From NCBI GenBank assembly GCA_965227515.1, contig CBDDFZ010000001.1:352001-416000 (forward strand): a DNA stretch of 64,000 nt, in the 5' to 3' direction. Of the stretch, positions 13,604 through 24,951 are shown piece after piece. This DNA comes from Alphaproteobacteria bacterium (GTDB lineage: Bacteria > Pseudomonadota > Alphaproteobacteria > CALKHQ01). Numbering within the stretch: the first letter of the stretch is position 1; each line of letters begins with the position of its first letter. Under the pieces are notes generated by a model that was given only the letters and a program-made list of their open reading frames with translations, did not search any database and was not told where the DNA came from. Made by a program: the position numbers and the translations under genes.

Positions 13604-15406
13604 ATGGCGGCTGCGCCCCTTCTGTCGTTGCGCGATGTGCGCCTGAGCCTGGGCGGCCATCTGGTCTTCGCCGGCATCGACCTGCACCTGGCCGCCGGCG
13701 AGCGGGTGGCGCTGGTGGGTCGCAACGGCGCCGGCAAGTCGACCCTGTTCCGGCTGCTCTCCGGCGAGACCCAGCCCGACGCCGGTACCCGCTATGTCGA
13801 GCCCGGCACCGCCATCGGCGTGCTGGAACAGGACCCGGTGTTGCCCAAGGGGTCTACCGTCGCGGACTACGTTGGCGGCAACGATGGCGGCGACACGTTC
13901 GAGCCGCACGAGGTCGACACCGTGCTGGCGGCGGTGGGGCTGCCGGGCGACCGGCTGGTCGATGGGCTGTCCGGCGGCGAGGCGCGCCGCGCGGCCCTGG
14001 CGCACGCCCTGTTGCGCGGCCGCGACGTGCTGCTGCTGGACGAGCCGACCAACCACCTGGACATCCAGATGATCGAGTGGCTGGAGCGGCGGCTCGCCAG
14101 CTTCCGGGGGGCCGCGCTGGTGGTGAGCCACGACCGCGCCTTCCTGCGCGCGATCTCCAACCGCAGCGCCTGGATCGACCTGGCGACCCTGATGACCAGC
14201 CCGCACGGCTTCGACAGGTTCGAGGCGTGGCAGGAGGAGACCTATTCCGCCCGCGAGGCCGAGGGCGCGAAGCTGCGCCAGCACCTGAAGGCGGAGGAGC
14301 GCTACCTGCAGCGCGGCGTGACCGCCCGGCGCAAGCGCAACCAGGGTCGGCTGGCCAAGCTGGCGGAGCTACGCCAGGCGGTGGCGGCGCGGCGCACCGG
14401 CGCCGACATCAAGATGGAGCTGGCGTCGGGCGGCCACCGCGGCAAGGTGATGGTCGAAGCCGAGGACCTGACCAAGAGTTTCGAGACCCCGGCCGGCCGG
14501 CTGACCGTGGTGGAGGGCTTCTCCACCCGCATCATGCGCGGCGACCGGGTCGGCATCATCGGCCCCAATGGTGCGGGCAAGACCACGCTGGTGAAGCTGT
14601 TGACCGGCGAGCTGGCGCCTGACGCCGGCATCGTCAAGCGGGCCGAGGGGCTGGCGGTCGCCACCTTCGACCAGCGCCGGGCGGACCTGGCCCTGGACGA
14701 CACGCCGTGGGAGGCGCTGTGCCCCGCCGGCGGCGACACCGTGTTCGTAAATGGCCGCGCCAAGCACGTCGTCTCCTACCTGCGCGACTTCCTGTTCGAC
14801 GAGGCACAAGCCCACGCCAAGATCTCCACGCTGTCCGGCGGTGAGCGCGCCCGGCTGGCGCTGGCCCGCCAGTTCACCATCGCCGCCGACCTGCTGGTGC
14901 TGGACGAGCCGACCAACGACCTCGACATGGAAACACTCGACCTGCTGCAGGAGATTCTGGCCGACTATGACGGCACCCTGATCCTGATCAGCCACGACCG
15001 CGACTTCCTCGACCGTCTGGTCACCTCCACCATCGCCATGGAGGGCGGCGGCAAGGCCGAGGAGTTCGTCGGCGGCTACAGCGACTACATCCGCCAGCGC
15101 ACGCCGAAAGCGGAATCGAAGGCCACGCGCAAGGCATCGCCCAAGGCCGCCGAGAAGCCGCGCAAGGCGGCACGCCTCAGCTACAAGGACCAGCGCGCGC
15201 TGGAGCAGACCACCGCGGAGATCGACCGCCTGACCGGCCGCCTGAAGGCGCTGGACGACCTGCTGGCCGATGCGGACCTGTTCGGCCGCGACCCGGACAA
15301 GTTCCACCGCGCTGTCGCCGAGCACGCCGAAGTGGCCGAGGCTCTCGCCGCCGCCGAGGATCGTTGGCTGGAGCTGGAGGCGATAAAAGAGGCGCTGGCC
15401 GGGTGA
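13604..15406 (+). CDS. uup: ABC-F family ATPase Uup
   Basis: Two ABC domains (GRNGAGKST, GPNGAGKTT, LDEPTN) and C-terminal 'LSYKDQR' coiled coil. Confidence 0.9.
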   Translation: MAAAPLLSLRDVRLSLGGHLVFAGIDLHLAAGERVALVGRNGAGKSTLFRLLSGETQPDAGTRYVEPGTAIGVLEQDPVLPKGSTVADYVGGNDGGDTFEPHEVDTVLAAVGLPGDRLVDGLSGGEARRAALAHALLRGRDVLLLDEPTNHLDIQMIEWLERRLASFRGAALVVSHDRAFLRAISNRSAWIDLATLMTSPHGFDRFEAWQEETYSAREAEGAKLRQHLKAEERYLQRGVTARRKRNQGRLAKLAELRQAVAARRTGADIKMELASGGHRGKVMVEAEDLTKSFETPAGRLTVVEGFSTRIMRGDRVGIIGPNGAGKTTLVKLLTGELAPDAGIVKRAEGLAVATFDQRRADLALDDTPWEALCPAGGDTVFVNGRAKHVVSYLRDFLFDEAQAHAKISTLSGGERARLALARQFTIAADLLVLDEPTNDLDMETLDLLQEILADYDGTLILISHDRDFLDRLVTSTIAMEGGGKAEEFVGGYSDYIRQRTPKAESKATRKASPKAAEKPRKAARLSYKDQRALEQTTAEIDRLTGRLKALDDLLADADLFGRDPDKFHRAVAEHAEVAEALAAAEDRWLELEAIKEALAG

Positions 15407-15430
15407 CTCACCGTCTCGCAACCGCAGGTT

Positions 15431-15600
15431 CGTCGTCCTCGCCCTTGTGGCGAGGACCCATCGTCGTCCAGTACTCCAACCCATCCGTGCGCGTACCAAG
15501 CCTCCGCGGCAGCCCCGAGTCCGTCGGCAAAGACCAACCTCATCGGCAACGATCGCGCTGCCACTGGCATAGGCCCTCGCAACAAGTGCGAGGGCGACGA
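15431..15600. repeat. CGTC-tagged REP inverted pair (REPIN-like)
   Basis: CGTC-GTCCTCGCC-CTTGT-GGCGAGGAC and inverse GCCCTCGCA-ACAAG-TGCGAGGGC-GACG. Confidence 0.8.
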
Positions 15601-15685
15601 TGGGGGGTTGCGAAAAGGGAGTTGATAAAGGCGGGATGTGTGACTGCCGTAGGCAAGAGACTGAGGACGCCAGGGTGAGGCTGCG

Positions 15686-16390
15686 GTGAGCCTCTTCGAT
15701 ATCAACCGCTTCCGGGTGGTCGACCGCCCCTCGCCCTCGTTCAATGAACGGCGTGGCGGCGGGCCCATTGACACACTGGTGCTGCACTACACCGGCATGC
15801 TGTCGTGCGAGGCGGCGCTGGAGCGGCTGTGCGATCCCGAGGTCGAGGCCAGCGCCCACTACACGGTGGACGAGGACGGCACCATCTACGCCCAGGTCGA
15901 CGAGGCCCAGCGCGCCTGGCATGCCGGCGCGTCCCACTGGCGCGGCGCCACCGACGTGAACAGCCGCGCCGTCGGCATCGAGATCGTCAATCCCGGCCAC
16001 GAATGGGGCTACCGCCCGTTTCCGCCGCCGCAAATGGCCGCCGTCATCGCGCTTTGCCAGGGCATTCTCTCGCGCCACCCGATCCCGCCGCGCAATGTGG
16101 TGGCGCATTCCGACATCGCGCCCTCGCGCAAGGAGGACCCCGGCGAACTGTTCGACTGGCCCCGGCTCGCCCGCGCCGGCATCGGGCTCTGGCCGCAGCC
16201 GGGCGAAACACCGACGGACGAGGGCGCGCGATTGCTGGCCGCCGCCTTGGACGCCGTCGACCATGGCGACGCCACGGCCCAGGCCGCCGCGCTTGGCGCC
16301 TACGGCTATGGTGTTGAGGACTACGGGTTGGAGGCCTGCCTGATCGCCTTTCGCCGCCGCTACCGCCCGTGGTGTATCCTGTCCCGGTGA
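15686..16390 (+). CDS. N-acetylmuramoyl-L-alanine amidase (Amidase_2, AmiD-like)
   Basis: LVLHYTG, SAHY, RAWHAG, GIEIVN and HSDIAP.RKEDPG motifs. Confidence 0.92.
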   Translation: MSLFDINRFRVVDRPSPSFNERRGGGPIDTLVLHYTGMLSCEAALERLCDPEVEASAHYTVDEDGTIYAQVDEAQRAWHAGASHWRGATDVNSRAVGIEIVNPGHEWGYRPFPPPQMAAVIALCQGILSRHPIPPRNVVAHSDIAPSRKEDPGELFDWPRLARAGIGLWPQPGETPTDEGARLLAAALDAVDHGDATAQAAALGAYGYGVEDYGLEACLIAFRRRYRPWCILSR

Positions 16391-16408
16391 GACTCGGGGA
16401 TAGCGCCG

Positions 16409-17851
16409 ATGACTGCTGACACACTGATCTACATCCTTATCGCGATCGCCGCGGTGACTCTGGTGCTGGTGGTGGTGCACCTGCTGACCGCGGGCCGGCG
16501 CGGCGGTTTCGATTCGGCCCCCCTGCTCGGCCGGTTCGACGCGCTGGCGGAGGCATCCGAGCGTGCCGAACGCAGCCTGGTGTCGCAGTTCACCGACCGC
16601 AGCAAGCAGGACCTGGAGCAGGCGAAGGAACTGCGCGGCGAGCTGCGCGAGACCTTCACGTCCTACGGCAAGTCGGTGGCCGACCAGGTGGAGCAGATCC
16701 GCAAGGCGCAAAAGGACCAGCTCGACGTGTTCTCCGAGCGCCTGTCGGAAAGCCTGCAGGCATCCGCCCGGCGCATGACCGACATGATGGAGGGCATGGA
16801 CAAGCAGCACGTGGCGCTGCGCACCCAGCTTGATGCCAAGCTGAAGGAACTGCGCGAGGAGAACGCCAAGAAGCTCGACGAGATGCGCCAGACCGTCGAC
16901 GAAAAGCTGCAGGGCGCGCTGGAGAAGCGGCTGGGCGAGGCCTTCAAGCAGGTGTCGGAGCGGTTGGAGAAGGTGCATCAGGGCCTGGGCGAGATGCAGA
17001 CCCTGGCGTCGGGCGTCGGCGACCTGAAGAAGCTCCTCACCAACGTCAAGACCCGCGGCGGCTGGGGCGAGATGCAGCTCCGCGCGCTGCTGGAGGAGAT
17101 GCTGACGCCCGACCAATACGCGGTCGAGGCGCCGGTGCGCGAGAACAGCCAGGAGCGGGTCGACTTCGCGATCCGCCTGCCCGGCCGCGACGACGCCGAC
17201 GAGACCCCGGTCCTGCTACCGATCGACGCAAAGTTCCCGCGCGAGGACTACGAACGGCTGGTCGACGCCGCCGAGGCCGCCGATCAGGTGGCGATGGAGG
17301 CCGCGTCAAAGGCGCTGGAAGCCCAGGTCAAGGAATCCGCCAAGAGCATCGCGCAGAAATACATCCACCCGCCCGGTACCACCGATTTCGCTGTGATGTA
17401 CCTGCCGACCGAGGGCCTGTTCGCCGAAGTGGTGCGCCGTCCCGGGCTGGTCGACCAGGTGCAACGCGCCCACCGGGTGGTGATCGCCGGGCCGACCACC
17501 TTCGCCGCCATCCTGAACAGCCTGCAGATGGGCTTCCGCACGCTGGCGATCCAGAAGCGCTCCGGCGAGGTGTGGCAGGTGCTGGGCGCGGTGAAGCACG
17601 AGTTCGGCCTGTTCGGCGAGGTGCTGGGCAAAGTGAAGAAGAAGCTGCAGGAAGCCAGCAACCACATGGACAAGGTGGACGTGCGCAGCCGCGCGCTGAC
17701 CCGCAAGCTCAGGAACGTCGAGGAACTGCCGTCGGCCGATGCCGGCACCGTGCTGCGGCTCGCCCCGATGGTGGGCGACGAACCGCCGGAGGACGAGTCA
17801 TCGGGGGATGGCGGCGACGCCGGCACAGAGCGCGAGGAACTGACGGGGTAG
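16409..17851 (+). CDS. rmuC: DNA recombination protein RmuC
   Basis: N-terminal TM plus coiled coil; KTRGGWGE, IDAKFP and PGTTDFAVMYLPTEGL. Confidence 0.93.
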   Translation: MTADTLIYILIAIAAVTLVLVVVHLLTAGRRGGFDSAPLLGRFDALAEASERAERSLVSQFTDRSKQDLEQAKELRGELRETFTSYGKSVADQVEQIRKAQKDQLDVFSERLSESLQASARRMTDMMEGMDKQHVALRTQLDAKLKELREENAKKLDEMRQTVDEKLQGALEKRLGEAFKQVSERLEKVHQGLGEMQTLASGVGDLKKLLTNVKTRGGWGEMQLRALLEEMLTPDQYAVEAPVRENSQERVDFAIRLPGRDDADETPVLLPIDAKFPREDYERLVDAAEAADQVAMEAASKALEAQVKESAKSIAQKYIHPPGTTDFAVMYLPTEGLFAEVVRRPGLVDQVQRAHRVVIAGPTTFAAILNSLQMGFRTLAIQKRSGEVWQVLGAVKHEFGLFGEVLGKVKKKLQEASNHMDKVDVRSRALTRKLRNVEELPSADAGTVLRLAPMVGDEPPEDESSGDGGDAGTEREELTG

Positions 17852-17872
17852 GCACAACGCCAACCCCATTCT

Positions 17873-17965
17873 TGTCATGCCCGCACTTGTTGCGGGCATC
17901 CACGTCTTATTGGCCGCTTGAGCGGCCATTTTCGTGGATGCTCGGGTCAAGCCCGAGCATGACGA
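17873..17965. repeat. CGTC/TGTC-tagged REP inverted pair with internal hairpin
   Basis: ATGCCCGCA-CTTGT-TGCGGGCAT ... TGGCCGCTTGAGCGGCCA ... ATGCTCGGG-TCAAG-CCCGAGCAT-GACG. Confidence 0.85.
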
Positions 17966-17979
17966 GTTGATAGAGTTCC

Positions 17980-18672
17980 TTACAACGGCCAGGGGTAGAC
18001 CCCGAACAGCCATTGGTGGACGTGAAGCACCACCAGCCACGCCAACACGGCGCCGCCGATCCGGGCCAGGTCCCACCACGAGAAGATGGGCCGGTTGCGC
18101 CCGGCGAGCATCGCCGCGAACGGCACCCGTGAGGTAACCGCTTCCACCACATGGAAGTTGGCCTCCGGGTCGGCGCGGCGCTTGGCGTCGATGGTGTGCA
18201 TGCCGACCAGCGCCAACGCCAGCAGCCCGCCGAACAGCACCACCGAGCCGACATCGCCATTGGCGAGCAAATGCGCCAGCGCCCACAGCGCGATGGCGCA
18301 CAGCACCGGGTGGCGCGCGATCGCCTTGAACAGCGGCAACCGCACCGGCCCGCCGTCGCGCGGCGGATCGTCGGGCAATGCCGGCATCCGGGTCGATTCG
18401 CCACCGATCAGCAGGATGAAGCCGAGCGGCACCAGGATATTGGCGACCCACACCGCCCACGGCCAGTACCACAGCATCTGCGGCATCGCCTCGCGGTGGC
18501 CGAGGCCGATCAGCACCAGCAGCACCAGCGCCAGCAGGGCATAGGCACCGCGATAGCCGTTGGCGCCCAACCGCGCGATCAAGCGCCCGCGGATCGCCGG
18601 CGACGCCAGCACCAGGTGCGAACCGACGAATGCCGCCGTCGCCACGATCAACAGGATCAGCCAGCCATCCAT
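17980..18672 (-). CDS. NnrU family membrane protein
   Basis: 'FVGSH', 'RHP..LWALAHLLANGD' and 'TSRVPFAA' NnrU motifs. Confidence 0.85.
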   Translation of the reverse strand: MDGWLILLIVATAAFVGSHLVLASPAIRGRLIARLGANGYRGAYALLALVLLVLIGLGHREAMPQMLWYWPWAVWVANILVPLGFILLIGGESTRMPALPDDPPRDGGPVRLPLFKAIARHPVLCAIALWALAHLLANGDVGSVVLFGGLLALALVGMHTIDAKRRADPEANFHVVEAVTSRVPFAAMLAGRNRPIFSWWDLARIGGAVLAWLVVLHVHQWLFGVYPWPL

Positions 18673-18746
18673 TGTACTTCGCTCCACCGCCAAGACTGTT
18701 GCTGAAGTATGTACTATGAAGCCTAAACCAAAGAGGGCGCGGCGCT

Positions 18747-19679
18747 TTGGCCAATCTGCTGTTCTATTCCCAGACCGACGATCCGGAGGCATGGCGCGCC
18801 GCCATCCAGGCCGCGGGGCCGGAGATCGCAGTGCGCGTCTGGCCCGATGAGGTGGACGACCCGGCCGCCATCGACGCCGCCCTGGTATGGAAGCCGCCGC
18901 CTGGCTTCGTCGCGCGCTTTGCGAACCTGAGGCTGATCCAGTCGCTGGGCGCCGGCGTCGACGCGCTGGTCGGCGATGCGACCCTGCCCGATGTGCCGGT
19001 GGCGCGGCTGGTCGACCCCATGCTGACCCAGTGCATGACCGAATACGTGGTGCTGCAGGCGCTCTACCACCACCGCGCGATGGCGACTTTCCGCGCGAAG
19101 CAACAGGCGGCGGACTGGTGGCAATGGGTGGCACCACCGGCGACCGAGCGCACGGTCGGCATTCTGGGTCTCGGCGAGCTTGGCCGCGACGCGGCGGCGA
19201 AGCTTGTCACGCTCGGCTTCCGGGTGCGCGGCTGGAGCCGGCGTCCGCGCGACGTCGCGGATGTCGAGACCTATCATGGGGCCGAGGGCCTGGAGGCCAT
19301 GCTCGCCGGCGCCGACATCCTGGTCTGCCTGCTGCCGTTGACCGCCGACACCGAGAACATCCTGAACGCCGGCCTGATTGCGCGCCTGCCGCGCGGGGCG
19401 GCGCTGATCAACTGTGCCCGCGGCGGCCACCTGGTGGAAGAGGACCTGATCCCCGCACTGGAGTCCGGCCAGCTCAGCGGTGCCTCGCTGGATGTGTTCC
19501 GCACCGAGCCGCTGCCGGCCGATCACCCGTTCTGGGCCCGTGACGACATCGCGATCACGCCCCATGTGGCCAGCATCACCTACCCGCCCACCGCCGCACG
19601 CCTGGTGGTCGAGAACGTCCGCCGCGCCATGGCCGGCGAGACGCCGCTACACCTGGTGGATCGCACCACCGGCTATTGA
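18747..19679 (+). CDS. ghrA: Glyoxylate/hydroxypyruvate reductase A (D-2-hydroxyacid dehydrogenase)
   Basis: SLGAGVD, GLGELG, INCARG, LDVF..EPLP and TPHVAS. Confidence 0.85.
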   Translation: MANLLFYSQTDDPEAWRAAIQAAGPEIAVRVWPDEVDDPAAIDAALVWKPPPGFVARFANLRLIQSLGAGVDALVGDATLPDVPVARLVDPMLTQCMTEYVVLQALYHHRAMATFRAKQQAADWWQWVAPPATERTVGILGLGELGRDAAAKLVTLGFRVRGWSRRPRDVADVETYHGAEGLEAMLAGADILVCLLPLTADTENILNAGLIARLPRGAALINCARGGHLVEEDLIPALESGQLSGASLDVFRTEPLPADHPFWARDDIAITPHVASITYPPTAARLVVENVRRAMAGETPLHLVDRTTGY

Positions 19680-20161
19680 GTGGAGCGTCTCAGGCCGATC
19701 GCGCCACAGAGGAAGTCCGGCGGGGCCGCCTGGTGGGCGGCGGCGATGTCGGCGATCAGGGTACGCGCCTTCTCCGGAAACGGCGCCACCCGGCGCGTCG
19801 ACATGTCGATGTGGAGCGCCAGTTGCTCGAGCGTGGCGGCGCGCCAGCCTGCGGTTCCATGGAACATTTCGTGGGCGAAATGAATCCGCTTCTCGTCGGC
19901 GGCGATGACGGTGGAGGCGAAGGCCATCGGGTCCCCCTCTGCAATCTCACGCTCATAGCGGATGTGCGCCTCGACCGCGAACATCGACGCGTCGTGGCGC
20001 TGGCGGTAGCCCTCGCCAACGTCGATCAGGTCGAACAGCGCGTCGGTGGCATGATCGAACGCCAGCACGTAATAGGCGACGTTCATGTGGCCGTTGTAGT
20101 CGATCCACTCCGGCCGAACCGGTTCGTTGTGCAAGCGTAACGGTGTAGCTACCTTCGTCAT
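19673..20161 (-). CDS. Thioesterase family (hot-dog fold) protein
   Basis: 'VRPEWIDYNGHMNVAYY' 4HBT-like signature. Confidence 0.85.
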   Translation of the reverse strand: MTKVATPLRLHNEPVRPEWIDYNGHMNVAYYVLAFDHATDALFDLIDVGEGYRQRHDASMFAVEAHIRYEREIAEGDPMAFASTVIAADEKRIHFAHEMFHGTAGWRAATLEQLALHIDMSTRRVAPFPEKARTLIADIAAAHQAAPPDFLCGAIGLRRSTQ

Positions 20162-20328
20162 CAGGGTCCCACTATTTTGTCGAAGCTTGCGCTGACGTCC
20201 GCGCGCTCCAAAATGCGTCGTCGAGACATGGGTGCGGCGCTGCGCCACTGGCGCCCGCGCCTCCAAATGCCGAAATCTAAAGCGGGCTCGGGCCAAACGC
20301 GACCCCCATACCCGACCTGGAGGCCTGC

Positions 20329-21585
20329 ATGACCGACCTGCCATCCGTTCGCCCGCCCGCATCGCCGCACAAGCCTCAGGTGGAACTCAAGCGCAGCCTG
20401 TCGCTGCCGCTGGTGGTGCTCTACGGGCTCGGCGTCACCATCGGTGCCGGCATCTATGTGCTGATCGGCGCCACTGCCGAGCGTGCCGGGGCGCATGCCC
20501 CGATGGCGTTCGTGTTGGCCGCGGTGATCATGGCGTTCAGCGCCGCCTCCTACGCCGAGATCTCCGGCCGGTTCCCGGTCAGCGCTGGCGCGGCAGCCTA
20601 TGTCCGCGCAGGCTTCCGCTGGAACTGGCTGTCCACCGCGGTCGGCCTGCTGGTCATCGCATCGGGCGTTGTCTCGTCGGCTGCCATCACCGTCGGCGCC
20701 GCGGGCTATTTCCGAGAGTTCATCGACGTTCCTCCCGAGATCCTGGTCCCGATCATGGTGGTGATCGTCACCGCCATCGCGGCGTGGGGCATCATGGAAT
20801 CGGTGCTGCTCGCCGGCCTGTTCACCGTGCTGGAGACCGGCGTGCTGCTCGTGATCATCTTCAGCGGTATCGCCGGCGACCCGGCGATGCTTGCCGACCT
20901 GCCGGAGATCGTGCCTGCCCTCAGCGATAGTACAGCATGGCTGGGGCTGGGGGCCGCCGGCCTGCTCGCCTTCTTCGCCTATATCGGCTTCGAGGACATC
21001 GTCAATCTGGCCGAGGAGGTGAAGCGGCCGAAACGCACCCTGCCCTGGGCGATCTTCCTCACCCTAATTATCGGCACCTTCGTCTACATCCTGGTCACCT
21101 ACGTGGCGCTGCACGTGGTGCCGGTTCCCGAACTCGCCGCCTCCACCGCGCCATTGAGCCTGGTGTTCGACCGGGTCACCGGCCTGCCGCCTGCCACAGT
21201 CACCGTCATCGCGATCACCGCCACCCTGAACGGCGTGATCATCCAGATGATCATGGCGTCGCGGGTCTTGTACGGCCTTGCACGCCAGGGCAGCGCACCA
21301 AGGATATTTGGCCGCGTCAATGCACGGACCCGCACCCCCATCATCGCCACCGGAACGGTGGCCACCATCGTGCTGATCCTGGCGGTCGCCTTCCCCCTGG
21401 AAGGGCTGGCTGAGTGGACCTCGCTGATCGTGCTGCTGGTGTTCTCGCTGGTCAACGCATCGCTGCTGTTGCTGAAATGGCGTGGCGAAGCGGCGCCGGA
21501 GGGTGTAGTTCGGGTGCCGATCTGGGTGCCGGCCTGTGGCGTGCTGACCTGCCTGGGCCTGATCGCCGCCGGCTTCCTGGGATAA
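20329..21585 (+). CDS. APC-family amino acid permease
   Basis: TIGAGIY, SYAE and FFAYIGFED motifs; about 12 TM. Confidence 0.9.
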   Translation: MTDLPSVRPPASPHKPQVELKRSLSLPLVVLYGLGVTIGAGIYVLIGATAERAGAHAPMAFVLAAVIMAFSAASYAEISGRFPVSAGAAAYVRAGFRWNWLSTAVGLLVIASGVVSSAAITVGAAGYFREFIDVPPEILVPIMVVIVTAIAAWGIMESVLLAGLFTVLETGVLLVIIFSGIAGDPAMLADLPEIVPALSDSTAWLGLGAAGLLAFFAYIGFEDIVNLAEEVKRPKRTLPWAIFLTLIIGTFVYILVTYVALHVVPVPELAASTAPLSLVFDRVTGLPPATVTVIAITATLNGVIIQMIMASRVLYGLARQGSAPRIFGRVNARTRTPIIATGTVATIVLILAVAFPLEGLAEWTSLIVLLVFSLVNASLLLLKWRGEAAPEGVVRVPIWVPACGVLTCLGLIAAGFLG

Positions 21586-21812
21586 GACATTCATTGTTAG
21601 TCGGCACCGGCCCACGGCTCTTTGCTATACGGTCGCACATCCGTGCTCCCGGTTGGCACCCGGCCAGATAGACATGATACAGGGCGGCCGGGTGCCCAAG
21701 AGGCTGCGCGGACGCGCGGCCGAAGTGAGGATAGACGAGGGCCGGCGCAGAATCAGCGTCAGCTGGGTTAATAGGCACGCACAAGAAACCAACCCTGGGA
21801 GGGGATACGAAC

Positions 21813-22814
21813 ATGCAACCCGTCAAATGGGGCGTCATCAGCACGGCGAAGATCGGCGTCGAGAAAGTCATCCCCGGCATGCAGAAGAGCGACGCCTGCG
21901 ACATCGTCGCCATCTCGTCGCGCAATCTGGACCAGGCGAAGGCGACGGCCGAGAGGCTCGGCATTCCGCGTGCCTACGGCTCCTATGAGGAAATGCTGGC
22001 CGACCCGGAGATCGAGGCGGTCTACAACCCGCTGCCGAACCACTTACACGTGCCTTGGTCGATCAAGGCCGCCGAGGCCGGCAAGCACGTACTGTGCGAG
22101 AAGCCGATCTCGATCACCCTGGACGAGGCGACGTCGCTGAAAGACGCGCGCGACCGGACGGCCAAGCTGATTACCGAGGCATTCATGGTGCGCTTCCACC
22201 CGCAGTGGCAGCGTACGCGCGAACTGGCCCGCTCGGGCCGCATCGGCGAGGTGCGCGCGATCCAGGGCTTCTTCAGCTATTTCAACCGCGACCCGGAGAA
22301 CGTGCGCAACATCCTGGATATCGGCGGCGGTGCGAACTACGACATAGGCTGCTACCCCATCGTCACCGCGCGCTACGTGTTCGGCGAGGAACCGCGCCGG
22401 GTGGCCGCCCTGGTGGAGCGCGATCCCGACTTCGGTACCGACCGCCTGACCTCGGCGCTGCTCGACTTCCCGTCCGGCCAGCTCACCTACACCTGCTCGA
22501 CGCAGCTTGTGCCGTACCAGCGCATGAACGTCTATGGCACCGAGGGCCGGATCGAGGTGATGATCCCGTTCAACGCGCCGCCGGACGAGCCTTGCCGCAT
22601 CCGCATCGACGACGGCTCCAAGCTGGACGATGCCTCCGTCGAGGTGGAGGAATTCCCGGTCTGCGACCAGTACGAGCTGCAGGGTGCCGCGTTCTCGGAG
22701 ATGGTGCGCAACGGCACCGCGCCGGAATTCGGCCTGGAGGACACCGTCAACAACATGGCGGTCATCCTGTCGGTGCTGAAGGCTGGCGACAGCGGGGGTT
22801 GGGTGGAGCTGTAG
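21813..22814 (+). CDS. Gfo/Idh/MocA family oxidoreductase
   Basis: AGKHVLCEKP and GGGANYDIGCY. Confidence 0.92.
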   Translation: MQPVKWGVISTAKIGVEKVIPGMQKSDACDIVAISSRNLDQAKATAERLGIPRAYGSYEEMLADPEIEAVYNPLPNHLHVPWSIKAAEAGKHVLCEKPISITLDEATSLKDARDRTAKLITEAFMVRFHPQWQRTRELARSGRIGEVRAIQGFFSYFNRDPENVRNILDIGGGANYDIGCYPIVTARYVFGEEPRRVAALVERDPDFGTDRLTSALLDFPSGQLTYTCSTQLVPYQRMNVYGTEGRIEVMIPFNAPPDEPCRIRIDDGSKLDDASVEVEEFPVCDQYELQGAAFSEMVRNGTAPEFGLEDTVNNMAVILSVLKAGDSGGWVEL

Positions 22815-22839
22815 GATTTCGTGCCGGGCATCGTAGCGT

Positions 22840-23190
22840 CGTAGCCCGGGTGAAACGACGTGGAACCCGGGGACTTTGTCCCGGCAATCGCAAGGATTCC
22901 CGGGTTCCGCTGCGCTCCACCCAGGCTACGGGGGCTGGCGCGCCTTCACACAAGGACGTCGCCCTCGCCCTTGTGGCGAGGGCCCACTCCCCTCATCGCG
23001 CGAAATCTGCCATGGATCCTCGGGACAAGCCCGAGGATGACGGTAGTTTCTTGGTGAGAGAAGTGCGTTCGGCGGCGGCCGGGACTACGTTCAGCCCGTA
23101 GCCTGGATGGAGCGGAGCGCAATCCAGGGCAACAGTGTCGTCATCCGAAACCATTGCCCCGGAATATGCTGACGCTCCTTTCGGGCTACG
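22840..23190. repeat. Mixed REP cluster (GTAG pair, CGTC pair, GTAG pair)
   Basis: GTAGCCCGGGTG..CCAGGCTAC (22841-22929); CGTCGCCCTCGCC-CTTGT.. / ATCCTCGGG-ACAAG-CCCGAGGATGACG (about 22957-23042); GTAGCCTGGATGG..GGGCTAC (about 23098-23189). Confidence 0.8.
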
Positions 23191-23200
23191 CGGTTTGCGC

Positions 23201-23240
23201 AAAAAACAACGGGCCCCGGCGATAAACCGGGGCCCGTTTG
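23201..23240 (-). terminator. Rho-independent terminator downstream of the rpoH-family gene
   Basis: AACGGGCCCCGG/CCGGGGCCCGTT stem with an A-run on + strand (U-tract on -). Confidence 0.75.
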
Positions 23241-23262
23241 CATTCAGCGATGGGTGTGAGGC

Positions 23263-24144
<882 letters not shown>

Positions 24145-24609
24145 GGCTCGATCTCCCGTCCGCCGGGCCGCGCGTGGACTCTCCAACGCGGCGCGGTCGC
24201 GGACCTGTAAGCCCCCCGCCACCGCAACATTAGCAAATTGGTGTCGACTCGAAAATAATTATTCGTTCATGAATTTTCAAGGTGGGGTCAATTGGCCGCG
24301 ACCGGCCCGTGATGCAGACCACGATGCGGCCATGAGCGGCGTTGCAAGAGCCCGCACGGCCCGAACCGCCGACCGAAAGAAATTCTACACTATTGCGCCA
24401 AGGCGCGCCGAAAAATTCATTGTGATGTCGGGGCAAGATTCATTCTTGTGGCGATATTCAAGGGTTATTAACGACAACAGTACAATCTGATTGTGTCAAG
24501 AAAGTTACGCCAGTGTTAATGGCGAGAAGGGCAACGCTTCGAAAGGGCAAGTATCACGGACACGTCCGCTGCGCCGCAGTGGGGGGCGCGTCCCGATGGA
24601 GAAGTTGCC

Positions 24610-24927
24610 ATGATCGGAATTCGAACCCTGACCATCGTTGCCGCCGCCAGTGTCGCGGTCGTTGCCGGCGCCGAAGCGGCGTGGGCCGAGAGCAACATGG
24701 TGTGCGGCGACCGCGACGAGATCGTCTCCGAGCTGCAGAAATCCTGGCAGGAGCAGCAGACCGCCATCGGCATGTCGAACAACGGCAGCATGGTCGAGGT
24801 CTTCAGCTCCGACACCGGCACCTGGACCATGCTGATGACCATGCCCGGCGGCCCGACCTGCATGATCGCGGCCGGCCAGCACTGGGACCAGCACCAGATC
24901 ACCGAAGTCGTCGGCGAGCCGGTCTGA
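24610..24927 (+). CDS. Small secreted hypothetical protein with two Cys
   Basis: Signal peptide (AWA site); 'CGDRDEIV..L...E' and 'GTWTML...CMIAAG' pattern. Confidence 0.7.
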   Translation: MIGIRTLTIVAAASVAVVAGAEAAWAESNMVCGDRDEIVSELQKSWQEQQTAIGMSNNGSMVEVFSSDTGTWTMLMTMPGGPTCMIAAGQHWDQHQITEVVGEPV

Positions 24928-24951
24928 ATCGTTTCTCGCTGACGCGGAGTC

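Noticed and set aside
15407-15685. Structured ncRNA (e.g. RNase P RNA) near the amidase gene
   Set aside because: No GAGGAAAGTCC-type rnpB signature; the visible structure is explained by a CGTC REP pair.
22840-23190. CRISPR array
   Set aside because: The repeats are inverted palindromic REP pairs of two families, not regularly spaced direct repeats, and no cas genes are in the window.
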